Below, one piece after another: positions 38,294 to 48,605 of a stretch of 64,000 nt of DNA (positions are counted from its first letter, which is position 1; each line of letters starts with the position of its first letter). The notes beneath the pieces are model-generated. The model ran no database searches, was not told the origin of the DNA, and saw only the letters and a list, made by a program, of their open reading frames with translations. The stretch comes from Candidatus Eiseniibacteriota bacterium (GTDB lineage: Bacteria > Eisenbacteria > RBG-16-71-46 > CAZAMP01). The DNA lies in contig OZ245046.1 in assembly GCA_965224245.1 (NCBI GenBank), positions 1,472,001 to 1,536,000 of the forward strand. Reading direction: 5' to 3'. The position numbers were made by a program, and so were the translations under genes.

Positions 38294-40362
38294 AGCGTTT
38301 CTCGCTGATGGGCGCTCTGTGCGCCATCGGAGTCGGATCCCTGGCGGCCTCGACGAGCGCCGTCGAGACGCGCTTCTGGAGCGTCGATTCTCAGGGCGCG
38401 TTCGAGGAGGGCGATCTGGACGGCGTGTCCGTGAACGCCGACGGCTACCTCACGCTCGCGCCGTCCAAGCGGCTCGTGCACGACGGCGAGGACGTCTACT
38501 TCTGGAAGATGACCACCGGCGCCGACGGCACCGTCTACGCCGGCACCGGGGACGATGGCCGCGTCTACGCGATCGACGGCGACGACGCGCGGGTCATCGC
38601 GGATCTCGAGGTGGTCGAGGTCATGGCCGTCGCCGTCGCCGAGGACGGCACGGTCTACGCCGCCGGCACGCCGGGCGGTGTCGTGTACGCGATCACGGAC
38701 GACGGCACGGTCTCCGAGTTCGTCGACACCGAGCAGGGGGTGGTCTGGGATCTCGCGGTCGCGCCGGACGGCTCGCTCCTCATCGCGTGCGGGGAGACCG
38801 GCCTCCTGCTTCGCGCGGAAGGATCCGATCAGACCGACGTCGTCTACGAGGCCACCGACCCCCACGTGATGTGCGTGGTGCCCGAGGACGCCGGCACGTA
38901 TCTCCTGGGCACCGCCGGCGACGGCCTGGTCTGTCGGGTGTCCCGCGACGGAGACACGACCGTCCTCTACGACGCCGAGGAGGAGGAGATCCGCGCCATC
39001 GTCTCGCACGACGGCGAGATCTACGTCGCCGTGAACGTCGCGCCCGCATCGGGCGACGAGGACACCGAGCCCGCGGTGTACGCGCTCGGCGGCTACGGAA
39101 GCGCGCGCCGCCTCTGGAGCGCGGACGCCGACTTCATCTTCGATCTCGACGTCACCGACGACGGCATGCTCGTCGTGGCCACCGGCGAGCATGCGGGGCT
39201 GTACGAGCTCGATCCACGCCGCCGGGACACGGCGCGGCTCCTCGCGTTCGACGAGGGCAGCGTGCTGTCGTTCGTTCGCCGGGGCGACGAGCTTCTGGCC
39301 GGCACCGGCGACCCCGCGCGCTTGTTCGCCATCGGTGGAGACCTCGCCGAGACCGGCACCGTGATCAGCGACGTCCGGGACGCCGGCGCCGAGGCCACCT
39401 GGAGCCGCATCCGCTGGACCGGCAGCACACCCGGCGGCACGTCGGTCTCGTTCGCCACGCGTACCGGCAATCGCGGCACCCCCGACCGCACGTGGTCGGA
39501 CTGGCGCGAGGCCGTCGACGAGGACCGCGCCTTCCGGATCACCAGTCCGGCGGCGCGATACCTCCAGTGGCGCGTCACGCTCGACGGAGACGGCTCGCGC
39601 ACGCCCGAGGTCACCAGCGTGACGACGTCCTACCGCGAGCGCAACCTGTCGCCGATCGTCCACGCCATCGACGTCAGCCGCAAGGGATCCGATCTCTTCG
39701 CCGACGCCGAGAGCCGGACGCGGTCGGTGCGACGCCGGCTACCCGGAGGCATCGAGGTGGACTACTCGCTGCCGTACGACGGCGCGGGGCGCCCGGTCTC
39801 GCCGGTCGACGCCGACTGGGCCATCGGGCTCCGATCGGTGTCGTGGGTGGCGTCCGATCCCAACGGCGACGAGATGCGCTTCGATCTGCACTACCGCCCG
39901 GTGGAGAGCGAGCGGTGGCTGGTGCTGGCCGAGGACGTGGACGACCTCGTGTACACGTGGGATGCGTCGTCGTTCCCGGACGGCGACTACGAGGTGCGCG
40001 TCACGGCCTCCGACGAGCCCGGCAACCCGGACGGCGCGCTCACCGACATGCGCACGAGCGAGGCGTTCGAGATCGACAACACGCCTCCGGACATCCGGAC
40101 GCTCAGCGCCCGGCTGGAGGCGGCTCGGATCCGCGTGGAGGCCGAAGCGCGCGACGAACGCAGCGCCATCGTTCGGGCCGACGTCTCGATCGATGGCCGG
40201 GAGTGGCAGCCTGCGCGACCCGAGACGGGGCTGCTCGACGCTCGCGGTCTCGACCTCGAGTTCGCCCTCGACGCGGGCGATCGTCAGAAGGGCGACCCGA
40301 TCGTGCTCCGACTGATCGACGAGGCCGGCAACAAGGTGGTCGAACGCACGTTCCTGAAGTAG
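38290..40362 (+). CDS. Secreted beta-propeller protein with FN3-like C-terminal region
   Basis: Signal peptide; DGTVYAGTG-type blade repeats; SPAARYLQWR, WVASDPNGD, FPDGDYEVRVTASD, IDNTPP; ATGA overlap with S55 gene. Confidence 0.75.
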   Translation: MKRFSLMGALCAIGVGSLAASTSAVETRFWSVDSQGAFEEGDLDGVSVNADGYLTLAPSKRLVHDGEDVYFWKMTTGADGTVYAGTGDDGRVYAIDGDDARVIADLEVVEVMAVAVAEDGTVYAAGTPGGVVYAITDDGTVSEFVDTEQGVVWDLAVAPDGSLLIACGETGLLLRAEGSDQTDVVYEATDPHVMCVVPEDAGTYLLGTAGDGLVCRVSRDGDTTVLYDAEEEEIRAIVSHDGEIYVAVNVAPASGDEDTEPAVYALGGYGSARRLWSADADFIFDLDVTDDGMLVVATGEHAGLYELDPRRRDTARLLAFDEGSVLSFVRRGDELLAGTGDPARLFAIGGDLAETGTVISDVRDAGAEATWSRIRWTGSTPGGTSVSFATRTGNRGTPDRTWSDWREAVDEDRAFRITSPAARYLQWRVTLDGDGSRTPEVTSVTTSYRERNLSPIVHAIDVSRKGSDLFADAESRTRSVRRRLPGGIEVDYSLPYDGAGRPVSPVDADWAIGLRSVSWVASDPNGDEMRFDLHYRPVESERWLVLAEDVDDLVYTWDASSFPDGDYEVRVTASDEPGNPDGALTDMRTSEAFEIDNTPPDIRTLSARLEAARIRVEAEARDERSAIVRADVSIDGREWQPARPETGLLDARGLDLEFALDAGDRQKGDPIVLRLIDEAGNKVVERTFLK

Positions 40363-40397
40363 ATCGGTAGAACGCCCGAGTCCCCAGGAGTGTTCCG

Positions 40398-41102
40398 ATG
40401 CGCACGCTCTCACGCTCGAGCCGGGTCGTGATCCTCGCGATCGTGTCGTCGTGCGTGTCGGTCGGCGGACGGGCGGTCGCGCTCGACCTCTACGCGCCGT
40501 TCGTGCGCTTCGAGAGCGGCGAGTCGGCACGGCTGTCGCTCTCCGACGAGTCCGGGCAGGGCTCGCTGGTGCGGATCCACCTGATCGACATGGACGGGGA
40601 GCGCATCACGTACGGCGGACATCCGGTGACGATCAGTCGCGCCGTACCACCAGGAGAGGCGCTCGAGGTCGATCTGGCGCGGTTCTGGTCGCACGCATTC
40701 GCGGGCAGCCTCAGGCTGGATTGTCGGGGACGGGTGGCCGCGCGGCTGAGCCTGCCCTCGGCCGGCTACGAGCTCGGAGAAGCCAGCGCGGCCGGTGAGC
40801 AGCGCTTCACGCGGCAAGGCGGCGCACCCGACGCCGAGCTCCTGGTCGCGGTGGTCAACGCCACCGACGACGCGGAGTCGGAGATCGAGATCCAGCGCGC
40901 GCCATCCGACGGCGGGGACCGTCGATCGCTCTCGACGTCCAAGCTGTCCCCGCGTGCCGCGCTGCACGCGCGCGTGTCGGCGAGCCTGGCGCCGGACGAC
41001 GACGTCCTCCTGACGTCCAGCACCGCGATCGCGGCCATCCTGCTCGAGCGCCCACCGTCGGCCAAGGATGGGCGCTGGTCGCTGATCCGTCGGTCTCGCT
41101 GA
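40398..41102 (+). CDS. Hypothetical secreted protein
   Basis: AGGAG RBS, signal-peptide-like N-terminus, beta-rich remainder. Confidence 0.55.
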   Translation: MRTLSRSSRVVILAIVSSCVSVGGRAVALDLYAPFVRFESGESARLSLSDESGQGSLVRIHLIDMDGERITYGGHPVTISRAVPPGEALEVDLARFWSHAFAGSLRLDCRGRVAARLSLPSAGYELGEASAAGEQRFTRQGGAPDAELLVAVVNATDDAESEIEIQRAPSDGGDRRSLSTSKLSPRAALHARVSASLAPDDDVLLTSSTAIAAILLERPPSAKDGRWSLIRRSR

Positions 41103-41156
41103 GTCGATGCGAACGAGGCATGCGGCCCGCGGGCTCCGGAGCGAGCGCGCGCGTCC

Positions 41157-42530
41157 CTAGCGTCGTGAGGGTGACGGTCGGCGTCGCCCGAGCCGCTCGC
41201 GAGCCCTCGCGAACGCGACGCGCACGAGATCCCGGTCGGTGGGGTCGGGGACCAGGAGCACGCGAACGGGGACGCCGGACAGGCGCCGGTATGCCGCGAC
41301 CCGCAGCACCAGGTTCACGACGTTGGTCACGCTGGCCGCCAGCGCGGCGCCGGTGATTCCGAGCGGTGGGATCAAGGCCAGGTTCGACACCACGTTCAGG
41401 CCCATCGCGATCAGGTTCAGTCGCATCGCGACGTCGGATCGTCCGCGCCCGGCGATGTCGCCGGTGAGCACCCGCGAGACCGCCACCGCGACCGCGCCCG
41501 GCAACAGCACGAGCAACGGGGTCACCGAGGACGCGAAGGCCGCACCGAACAGAAGCGAGACCAGAGGGCGTGCCAGGGCCGCGATGAGGATCGCCGCCAG
41601 CGCGGTGAGGAGGAAGTTCCACCGAGCGACCCGGGGTGTGATCGCACGGCGCGTCTCCTCGTCGCCCTCCAGGTTGGCGATCAGCGGGAACGTCACGAAC
41701 ATCGCCGCGTGCGAGACGATGCCGAGTCGCTCGATCACGCGGACCGCGCTCGAGTAGATCCCGACGGCGGCGGTGCTGGCCAGCGCGCCGATCAGGAACG
41801 CATCGGCGCGGGTGCGGATCGTGTACGCGAGCTCGCCGATGTGGAGCTTCCAGCCGTACGCGAGGCTCTCGCGCACGTACGCGCGAAACGTTCCAACCGA
41901 GGGCCGGCGCGCGGCACGCGCGAGGGCGACCCCGGTGGCGAGCATCGTGACCGCCTGACCCGCCAGCCACGACAGCATCAGCGCGACGCCGCTCGCGCGT
42001 CCGAGGGCGGCGAGCGCGAGCCCCGCGGCCAGCGTGACGGCCAGAGGGCCGAGGCTGACGAGTGCATGCGCGGCGAACGCGCGCCGCCCCTGGAGCACGC
42101 CTCCCAGGATCTGGAGCGTGAGGACCAGCGGGATCCCGATCACGCCGAGCGCGACCACGGAAGCGGGATCGAGCCATCCGGCGCTCACCGCGATCCGGTG
42201 GACGCCCCAGCCGAGTGCGGCGGCGAGCGGTCCCAGGATCGCGCACACCAGGAGCGTCGCGCCGATGGCCTCGCGGTCGTCGCCGCGGCCCCGCGCGATC
42301 AGGAACGCGCTCGACCACGGGAATCCGAGCGTGGCCAGCGCCGCGCCGAACAACGAGACGAAGATCCCCAGGGTGACCGCGCCCGCGAGCGCCGGTCCGA
42401 GGGCGCGCGCGAGGAGCGACGCCCACGCGATGCCGAGGACGAGGGCGAGGAGACGGCGACCCAGCGTGACCACGAACCCGTCCGCGAGGTCGCGCAGCGC
42501 GGAGCGGGGTTCGGGCGCGGGGCCGGTCAC
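41157..42530 (-). CDS. Wzx-like oligosaccharide flippase
   Basis: About 12 TM helices; LARALGP, RADAFLIGAL..AVGIYS, LIPPLGITGAALA. Confidence 0.85.
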   Translation of the reverse strand: MTGPAPEPRSALRDLADGFVVTLGRRLLALVLGIAWASLLARALGPALAGAVTLGIFVSLFGAALATLGFPWSSAFLIARGRGDDREAIGATLLVCAILGPLAAALGWGVHRIAVSAGWLDPASVVALGVIGIPLVLTLQILGGVLQGRRAFAAHALVSLGPLAVTLAAGLALAALGRASGVALMLSWLAGQAVTMLATGVALARAARRPSVGTFRAYVRESLAYGWKLHIGELAYTIRTRADAFLIGALASTAAVGIYSSAVRVIERLGIVSHAAMFVTFPLIANLEGDEETRRAITPRVARWNFLLTALAAILIAALARPLVSLLFGAAFASSVTPLLVLLPGAVAVAVSRVLTGDIAGRGRSDVAMRLNLIAMGLNVVSNLALIPPLGITGAALAASVTNVVNLVLRVAAYRRLSGVPVRVLLVPDPTDRDLVRVAFARARERLGRRRPSPSRR

Positions 42531-43657
42531 GACGGCGCCGGAGGCTCGGGGGTCGCGGCGTCGGTCCGGTCCCCGGTGACCACCCGGGCCATCGCGGCCC
42601 GATACTCGGGATTGGGCATGCCGACGGGCACGCGCACCACGAACGCGCGCGCGGACGCGAAGCGGGGAGCGAGCAGCGTGCTCCAGGCGGCCGCTCCCCA
42701 GCTCGGCGTCAGGGGCGGGCGCGAGGCGATCGTGCGATTGACCGACGTCCACGTCGCGTGGCGCCCGAGCTCGGCGTGCTCGGCGTCGAGGATGCGGGCC
42801 GAGAGCGCGGCGGCGCCGTCCGGACCGATCGCGTCGACCCGAAGATCGGGATCGCCGGTCCGGAAGACGAGGTACACGCGACGCAGCGGCGCCGACTCGG
42901 CCACCGGGCCGTAGAGTGCCCGGGGATCGATCGCGCGACGCACACGGGCCGGCGTCCCGCGCCGGGCGATCCAGTGGAGGCGATCGAGCGCCGAACGCCC
43001 GTCCAGGAGCCGCCGCTCCAGCTCCGGATCGCCCGCCACGTTGTAGGCGTAGATCTTCGGCCAGCTCGCGTTCAGGTGGACGACGCCGTGCGCATCCACG
43101 CCGACCATGTCGTCGGCCAGAAACCGATACCCGCTCCCGCGGGCCAGCTCGAGCGAGAGGCTCGTCTTGCCGACGCCGCCGGTGCCGCCGACCACGACGC
43201 CGCCGCCATCTGGCGCGGCGAGCGCCGAGCCGTGCACGAAGAGCAGCCGGTCGGGGAAGAACATCTGCGCGGTGCCGACGAGCATCAGCTCGTGGAGGTG
43301 CTTGCCGGCGTCGTCACGCGGTCGGTGGAACTCGGCGTTGCGCAACTGGCGCACGAGGGCGCGCACCGGCTCGTGGATGACCATCTCGACGTCGACGTGC
43401 GTGGGGCGTCGCCGCCAGCGCGCGGTCAGGAACGGACCGAAGTCCGCCTCGAAGCCGTCATCGAGCTCGCGATGGATCGACGGGTTCATGGCGAACGGCC
43501 GGGCCGGGGGCAGCGTCTCCAGCACGGAGACCCGGATGTCGACCGCGTCGCCGGCGTCGAGCCGGCGATAGGCCGACGTCTCGCGCTCCAGCACGGCGCG
43601 CACGCGCGCGTCCCGTGCGTCGACCGAGACGCCGAGCGGACCGAACCGAAACCTCAT
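42527..43657 (-). CDS. HPr kinase-like P-loop protein
   Basis: LFVHGSAL, GGTGGVGKTSL, YRFLADD motifs; coupled to both neighbours by 4-nt overlaps. Confidence 0.65.
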   Translation of the reverse strand: MRFRFGPLGVSVDARDARVRAVLERETSAYRRLDAGDAVDIRVSVLETLPPARPFAMNPSIHRELDDGFEADFGPFLTARWRRRPTHVDVEMVIHEPVRALVRQLRNAEFHRPRDDAGKHLHELMLVGTAQMFFPDRLLFVHGSALAAPDGGGVVVGGTGGVGKTSLSLELARGSGYRFLADDMVGVDAHGVVHLNASWPKIYAYNVAGDPELERRLLDGRSALDRLHWIARRGTPARVRRAIDPRALYGPVAESAPLRRVYLVFRTGDPDLRVDAIGPDGAAALSARILDAEHAELGRHATWTSVNRTIASRPPLTPSWGAAAWSTLLAPRFASARAFVVRVPVGMPNPEYRAAMARVVTGDRTDAATPEPPAPS

Positions 43658-44844
43658 GTGGATGCGCTCCGGGTCGACGTATCGGCGAGCGGGGACGCGA
43701 CGTTCTCCGCGAGCGAACGATAGAGCTCGACGTGCGCGGACACGACGCGATCGAGCGTGTAACGACGCTGCACCGTCTCGCGCGCGGCGTTCGCCAGACG
43801 CGCCCGGAGCTCGCCGTCGGAGCAGACGCGACGAAGCGCCGCGGCAAAGGCGTGCGCGTCGCGGGGATCCACCACGAGCCCGTCCACGCCGTCGGTGACG
43901 ACGTCCACGTTGCCGCGCACGCGCGAGACGACCGGTGGGATTCCCATGGCCATCGCCTCCAGGGCCGCGATCGGCAGACCCTCCCAGCGAGAGGGCAGGA
44001 TCAGCGCCGCGGCGGTCCGGATCGCGTCGAGGGCCTCGGCCCGCCCGAGCGCCCCGGTCAGACGGACCGACCGGAGCCCGCGCCGTGCGACGTCTCGCCG
44101 GACGTCGGCCTCGAGATCTCCACCGCCGACGAGGACGAACGTGTACCCCTCGGGCTCCAAGAGCTCGGCCACGCGCACGACGAGGTGTGGATCCTTCGGA
44201 TGAGTCAGCCGGCCCAGGAACGCGACCGTCTTGGTGGCGGGCGCGGCCGGGGCGGGCAGATCGTCCACCCGGATCCCGTTGGGGATGACCCGGCCGCGCC
44301 CCAGCTCGAAGCCGTGAGCCGCCGCCACGTCGCGATCGGAGGCGCTGACCCACACCAGGGCGTCGGCGCGCCGGCTGAGCCAGCGCTGAGCGCGGGCTTC
44401 GAGCGGTCGGACCGGCATCGGCTTTCCGAGGAAGTGGTAGCCGCGCACCGTGTACGCGAGGAGCGGCGTACGCGCACCACTCGCTCGGCGAGAGCGTCGG
44501 CGCGCGCCGAGGGCGGGCATCTCCAGGGCGATCCCGCCGAGCACGCCGGCGCGGGCGCCTTGCAGGTGGACGACGTGCGGGGACGAGGCACGCACGGCCC
44601 TGGTGAGCGTCGCGATCGCGTGCGGAATGTGTCGCCGCGTCATGAAATCGATCCCGATCGTTGGGAGCCCGAGAGTCGTGGCACGCGCCCGTGCGTACGA
44701 GTCGGCCGCGGAGACCAGGGTCACATCCAGACCTGCGGCCGCCAAGCCCTCGCTGAGCGAAAGTACGCTCGTCGTGCCCCCGCCGGGGGACCCGTCGGCG
44801 ACGACCATCCACACGCGTCGGCCCGCGGACGTCGAGCGGCTCAC
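43654..44844 (-). CDS. Glycosyltransferase family 4
   Basis: VIPNGI, FLGRLTHPKD, LPSRWEGLPIAALEAMAMG. Confidence 0.88.
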   Translation of the reverse strand: MSRSTSAGRRVWMVVADGSPGGGTTSVLSLSEGLAAAGLDVTLVSAADSYARARATTLGLPTIGIDFMTRRHIPHAIATLTRAVRASSPHVVHLQGARAGVLGGIALEMPALGARRRSRRASGARTPLLAYTVRGYHFLGKPMPVRPLEARAQRWLSRRADALVWVSASDRDVAAAHGFELGRGRVIPNGIRVDDLPAPAAPATKTVAFLGRLTHPKDPHLVVRVAELLEPEGYTFVLVGGGDLEADVRRDVARRGLRSVRLTGALGRAEALDAIRTAAALILPSRWEGLPIAALEAMAMGIPPVVSRVRGNVDVVTDGVDGLVVDPRDAHAFAAALRRVCSDGELRARLANAARETVQRRYTLDRVVSAHVELYRSLAENVASPLADTSTRSAST

Positions 44845-46115
44845 GGGGCGAAGTCCGCGTGTCGTGCGGCATCGCGCCCGGCCAGCTCGGCGAGGCGGCT
44901 CGCGAAGCGCGCGAAGTTCACGTCGGCTCGGAAGTCGCGTGCGTACCGGGCCCGTGCCCCTTTTCGCCGCGCGTCGTCCGGTGCCTGACCCGCATACGTC
45001 GTCAGCGCGTCGGCGATCGCGTCGGCGTCGGGCCGATCGCCGAGGAGGGTGCCGGTCGTGGGCGAGACGATCTCGGACGTGCCGCCCACGTCGGTGGCCA
45101 GGATCGGGATCCCGGCGCTCGCGGCCTCCATGATCGAGACGGGTACGCCTTCGGACGCGCTCAGGCTGACGAACACGTCCACCGGCCGACGCCGGTAGTG
45201 GTCGAGGACGCGCTCGCGAGGGACGTGTCCCGCCCAGTCGACCCCGATGCTCGGCGGCAGGCGCTCGGCCCGTACGTGAAGCTCGCCCCGGAGCGGACCG
45301 TCGCCGAAGTGGGTCCACTCCACCGGTGAGGCCGGGTGCCTCGTCGCGAAGCGGGCGAGGGCGTCGATGGTCCGGTCCACGCGCTTGACCGGCCTCAGCG
45401 CGGAGCAGCTGACGATGCGGAGCACGTCGTCGGAGCTGGGGGCGCACTGGACGCCCGGGTCCGCGACGCCGAGGCGCGCGGTCTCGATCCGATCGGCGAG
45501 ATCGGGAAAGCGCTCGGTGAGGCGTCGCGCACCCAGCGTGCTCACGGGAAACGCGTGTCCCATGCCGAGGGCTCGGCGCAGGCGATCGTCCAACCCGGGG
45601 GCGGCCAGCGTGTTGTAGAGATCGGATCCGTGTGCCCGGCACACGACGACCGGACGCCGCCCCGTGACGAGTCGGGCCGCGTGCGCCAGCGCGGCGAACG
45701 ACGCGTCGAACCAGTACGCGTAGAGCACGGTCGGCATGCCCGGCTCGGCGTCGCAGAGTGGCACCAGCGTTCGTTGGGCCCAGCTCCGGACGCGGGCGAG
45801 TTCGCGCAGGAACGCTCGCCGCCGGGCCAGCGCGGCCACCGGCCGGAGCGGGCGGGGCACGATCGGTACCGGTCGACGGAGGACGTCCGAGCGGAGGCGA
45901 CCCAGAGCACCGGTGACCGGCCCCGCCGCGGACGCGGCGACGGCCAGGGAGTCGAGTACGTCGACGCGATCGGGGACGGGGTGTGGGGGCCCCAGGCGCA
46001 GCCTCGGTGCGAGGTGGATCGCATCGAACACCCGAGCCAGCGCGTGCAGCTCGTCGGCCAGGAAGGTCTCTCCGCTTCCGAACGGATGGACCTCGTTCAC
46101 GATGACGATGCGCAC
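44841..46115 (-). CDS. Glycosyltransferase family 4
   Basis: RAHGSDLY, KRVD, SASEGVPVSIMEAASAG, ATDVGGTSEI. Confidence 0.88.
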   Translation of the reverse strand: MRIVIVNEVHPFGSGETFLADELHALARVFDAIHLAPRLRLGPPHPVPDRVDVLDSLAVAASAAGPVTGALGRLRSDVLRRPVPIVPRPLRPVAALARRRAFLRELARVRSWAQRTLVPLCDAEPGMPTVLYAYWFDASFAALAHAARLVTGRRPVVVCRAHGSDLYNTLAAPGLDDRLRRALGMGHAFPVSTLGARRLTERFPDLADRIETARLGVADPGVQCAPSSDDVLRIVSCSALRPVKRVDRTIDALARFATRHPASPVEWTHFGDGPLRGELHVRAERLPPSIGVDWAGHVPRERVLDHYRRRPVDVFVSLSASEGVPVSIMEAASAGIPILATDVGGTSEIVSPTTGTLLGDRPDADAIADALTTYAGQAPDDARRKGARARYARDFRADVNFARFASRLAELAGRDAARHADFAP

Positions 46116-46223
46116 GTCGGCTCCGAGGCTTGTGCAAAGTCGATCCCGCTAGGCTATCGTCTGACGCCGCGCACCGGACGGGGCGCTCGCGAGCCAGACG
46201 GGTCACGCCAGGATCGACGGCCC

Positions 46224-47564
46224 TTGAGAATCCTCATTGTCACAAAAGCGTTTCCTCCGCTCAATACCATGGGAGCGGGGCGACCGTACTCGTGGGCCAG
46301 GTACTGGACGCGGGACGGGCACGACGTGACGGTGTTGACGACGCCGAAGACCGGGTCGGGCACGAACCTGGATCTCCCCCCGCCACCGTGCCCGGTCTGG
46401 GAGGCGCCGCTCGGCGGCGTCGAGTGGCTGCGACGTCTCTACCACCGGGCGCGGCGTGACCCGACGGTTGCCGCCGGCGCCGGCCCGGCGGAACCGGGCG
46501 CCACGGGCCGCGCCCCCCGGCTCGCGCGGGCGATCCGCGCCGTCCGGAGTCGACTGGACGTCGTGCACACCTCGCGGATGCCGACCCTCGCCGACCTGTG
46601 GATCCGGCCCGCGCTGGAGCTCGTGCGGGGTCGCGCGCGACACGGGCGTCGATGGGACGCCGTGGTCAGCACGTCCTCGCCGTACGCCGCCCACGTGATT
46701 GCCGACCGGATCGTGCGCGAGGGGCTCGCCGCTCGCTGGATCGCGGACTTCCGGGATCTGTGGACCGAGAACCCGGCGATCGACGGGATCTTCCCGTTCG
46801 TCCGCGTCGAGCGTGCGCTGGAGGATCGGCTGATGCGTCGGGCGAGCGGGATCACGGTGGTCAGCGAGACCGATCGGGCGTTGATGGCGGCGCGCCACGA
46901 GCCGACGCCGGTGGTCGTGATCCCGAACGGGTTCGACCCCGAGGACCACCGGTCGCTCTCGCCGGCGCCGGCGTTTCCCGACGACGAGCACGACGTGTAC
47001 CGCATCGTCTACACGGGATCGATCTACCGCAACCAGAGCGCCGAGCCGCTCTTCGCCGCGGTCGCGGAGCTGGATCGCCGGGGATGTGCGGCCGCGCGCC
47101 GGATCCGGATCCTGTTCGCCGGGCCACGGCTGGGAACCGTGGAGACCGACGCCCGTCGTCACGGGGTGGACGATCGGGTCGTCCTCCACGGACTCGTGCC
47201 CCGCACGGTGGCGTACCGGATGCAGCGCGACGCCGACGCGCTCCTGTTTCTCGACTGGCGGGATCCATCCGTCCGCGGCATCCCCACCGGGAAGATCTAC
47301 GAGTATCTGTTCGCGTCCCCACCGGTGCTCGCGGTGGGGGGCTCGCGCGACTCCGCGGCCGCCGAGCTCGTCCGGCGAGCTCGGGCGGGGTTCGTTTTTG
47401 GTGAGGACGCGACCGCGCTGGCCGACCACCTGGGCACGGTCCTGAGGGGGCAGGGACCCTCACTCCCCGGTCGAGATCCCGATGTGCTGCAGTCCTTTAC
47501 ACGGGAGAGCCTGGCGCGCCGCCTGCTGGCGCTGCTGACCGGAGAGACCCCGGCCGGCGGGTGA
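46224..47564 (+). CDS. Glycosyltransferase family 4 (start uncertain, TTG)
   Basis: AFPP, WIADFRDLWT, VIPNGFD, IVYTGSIY, PTGKIYEYL. Confidence 0.85.
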   Translation: MRILIVTKAFPPLNTMGAGRPYSWARYWTRDGHDVTVLTTPKTGSGTNLDLPPPPCPVWEAPLGGVEWLRRLYHRARRDPTVAAGAGPAEPGATGRAPRLARAIRAVRSRLDVVHTSRMPTLADLWIRPALELVRGRARHGRRWDAVVSTSSPYAAHVIADRIVREGLAARWIADFRDLWTENPAIDGIFPFVRVERALEDRLMRRASGITVVSETDRALMAARHEPTPVVVIPNGFDPEDHRSLSPAPAFPDDEHDVYRIVYTGSIYRNQSAEPLFAAVAELDRRGCAAARRIRILFAGPRLGTVETDARRHGVDDRVVLHGLVPRTVAYRMQRDADALLFLDWRDPSVRGIPTGKIYEYLFASPPVLAVGGSRDSAAAELVRRARAGFVFGEDATALADHLGTVLRGQGPSLPGRDPDVLQSFTRESLARRLLALLTGETPAGG

Positions 47565-47612
47565 TGTCGGCCATCGAATGACCATCGGGACCGGTCTCTG
47601 CACGCCGGCCCA

Positions 47613-47641
47613 TTGACCGTCGACCTCGCGCCACTTATAAT
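47613..47641 (+). promoter_or_regulatory. Near-consensus sigma70 promoter of the wza-asnB-wzc operon
   Basis: TTGACC (47613), 17 nt spacer, TATAAT (47636). Confidence 0.65.
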
Positions 47642-47920
47642 ACTCCGACCTGTAAATGGTTACAGGGAAGCGAGCTGCGTGATTTGTCGATCAGGCTCGG
47701 GCGCCGCCGGGGGGAGCGCCCCGGGAGGGGAGCCGCTAAGCTCGGGACGAGCTCGACCGAAACCAATAGCAAGAACCCTATCGCGCCGCACCCGACGACC
47801 GGTGCCTCGAATGTCGCCGGCGAGGTGCGTCGCCAAACGACCCGTCCTGGAGCGGTCTCGACCGAGCCCGATCGCCGGACCCAAACCCAAGCTCTCGCAC
47901 GAGGACTGGAACGAGCTGTC

Positions 47921-48556
47921 ATGAGGTTACTCCTTTCGCTCGGCGCGGTGATCGCCGCGTTCGTCGTCGATACGGCATCCGCGCAATCCGAAGCGCCGTC
48001 CACGGCGAGCGTCTACCACGTGGGTGACGCGATCGAGCTTCTCGTCGTCGGATACGAGGACGACCTGAACGGCGTGTATCGCGTCGCATCCGACGGTGCG
48101 CTGAGCATCCCGTACATCGGTCGCGTCCCCGCGGTGGGCCTCACGCACGACCAGCTCACCGAGACGCTCGAGGGGCGCGTCTGGAGCTACTACATCAACC
48201 GCCCCGAGGTCGTCGTGCGGCCGCTGTACGCGGTCACGGTTCTCGGAAACGTGCGGCGGCCGGGCACGTTCAACATCGGTGGTGGGGAGCGATTGAGTGC
48301 GCTGATCGCGCTCGCGGGCGGTACCGACGACGAGGCCTACATCGAGAAGGCCAAGGTCACGCGCGACGGCAAGACGCTCGAGCGGAACCTGAAGTCGGCC
48401 CTGTCGAGCGGCGAGACGATCCAGGACATCGGCATCCAGTCGGGTGACGTCGTGTTCGTGCCCCGGACGTCGTGGTGGCGGAGCTTCCGGAACTGGGCCG
48501 TCGTGGTGTCGACGGTATCGCTCTCGTTCGCCGTGTACGATCGGATCACCAACTGA
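47921..48556 (+). CDS. Polysaccharide export protein (Wza-like, SLBB domain)
   Basis: YHVGDAI, DGALSIPYIG..GLT, VLGNVRRPG, ALAGG, GDVVFVP. Confidence 0.88.
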   Translation: MRLLLSLGAVIAAFVVDTASAQSEAPSTASVYHVGDAIELLVVGYEDDLNGVYRVASDGALSIPYIGRVPAVGLTHDQLTETLEGRVWSYYINRPEVVVRPLYAVTVLGNVRRPGTFNIGGGERLSALIALAGGTDDEAYIEKAKVTRDGKTLERNLKSALSSGETIQDIGIQSGDVVFVPRTSWWRSFRNWAVVVSTVSLSFAVYDRITN

Positions 48557-48605
48557 CCGACGACCGAGCGGTCGTCGGCGAGCACGCTCGCGAGGAACGC
48601 TGAAC

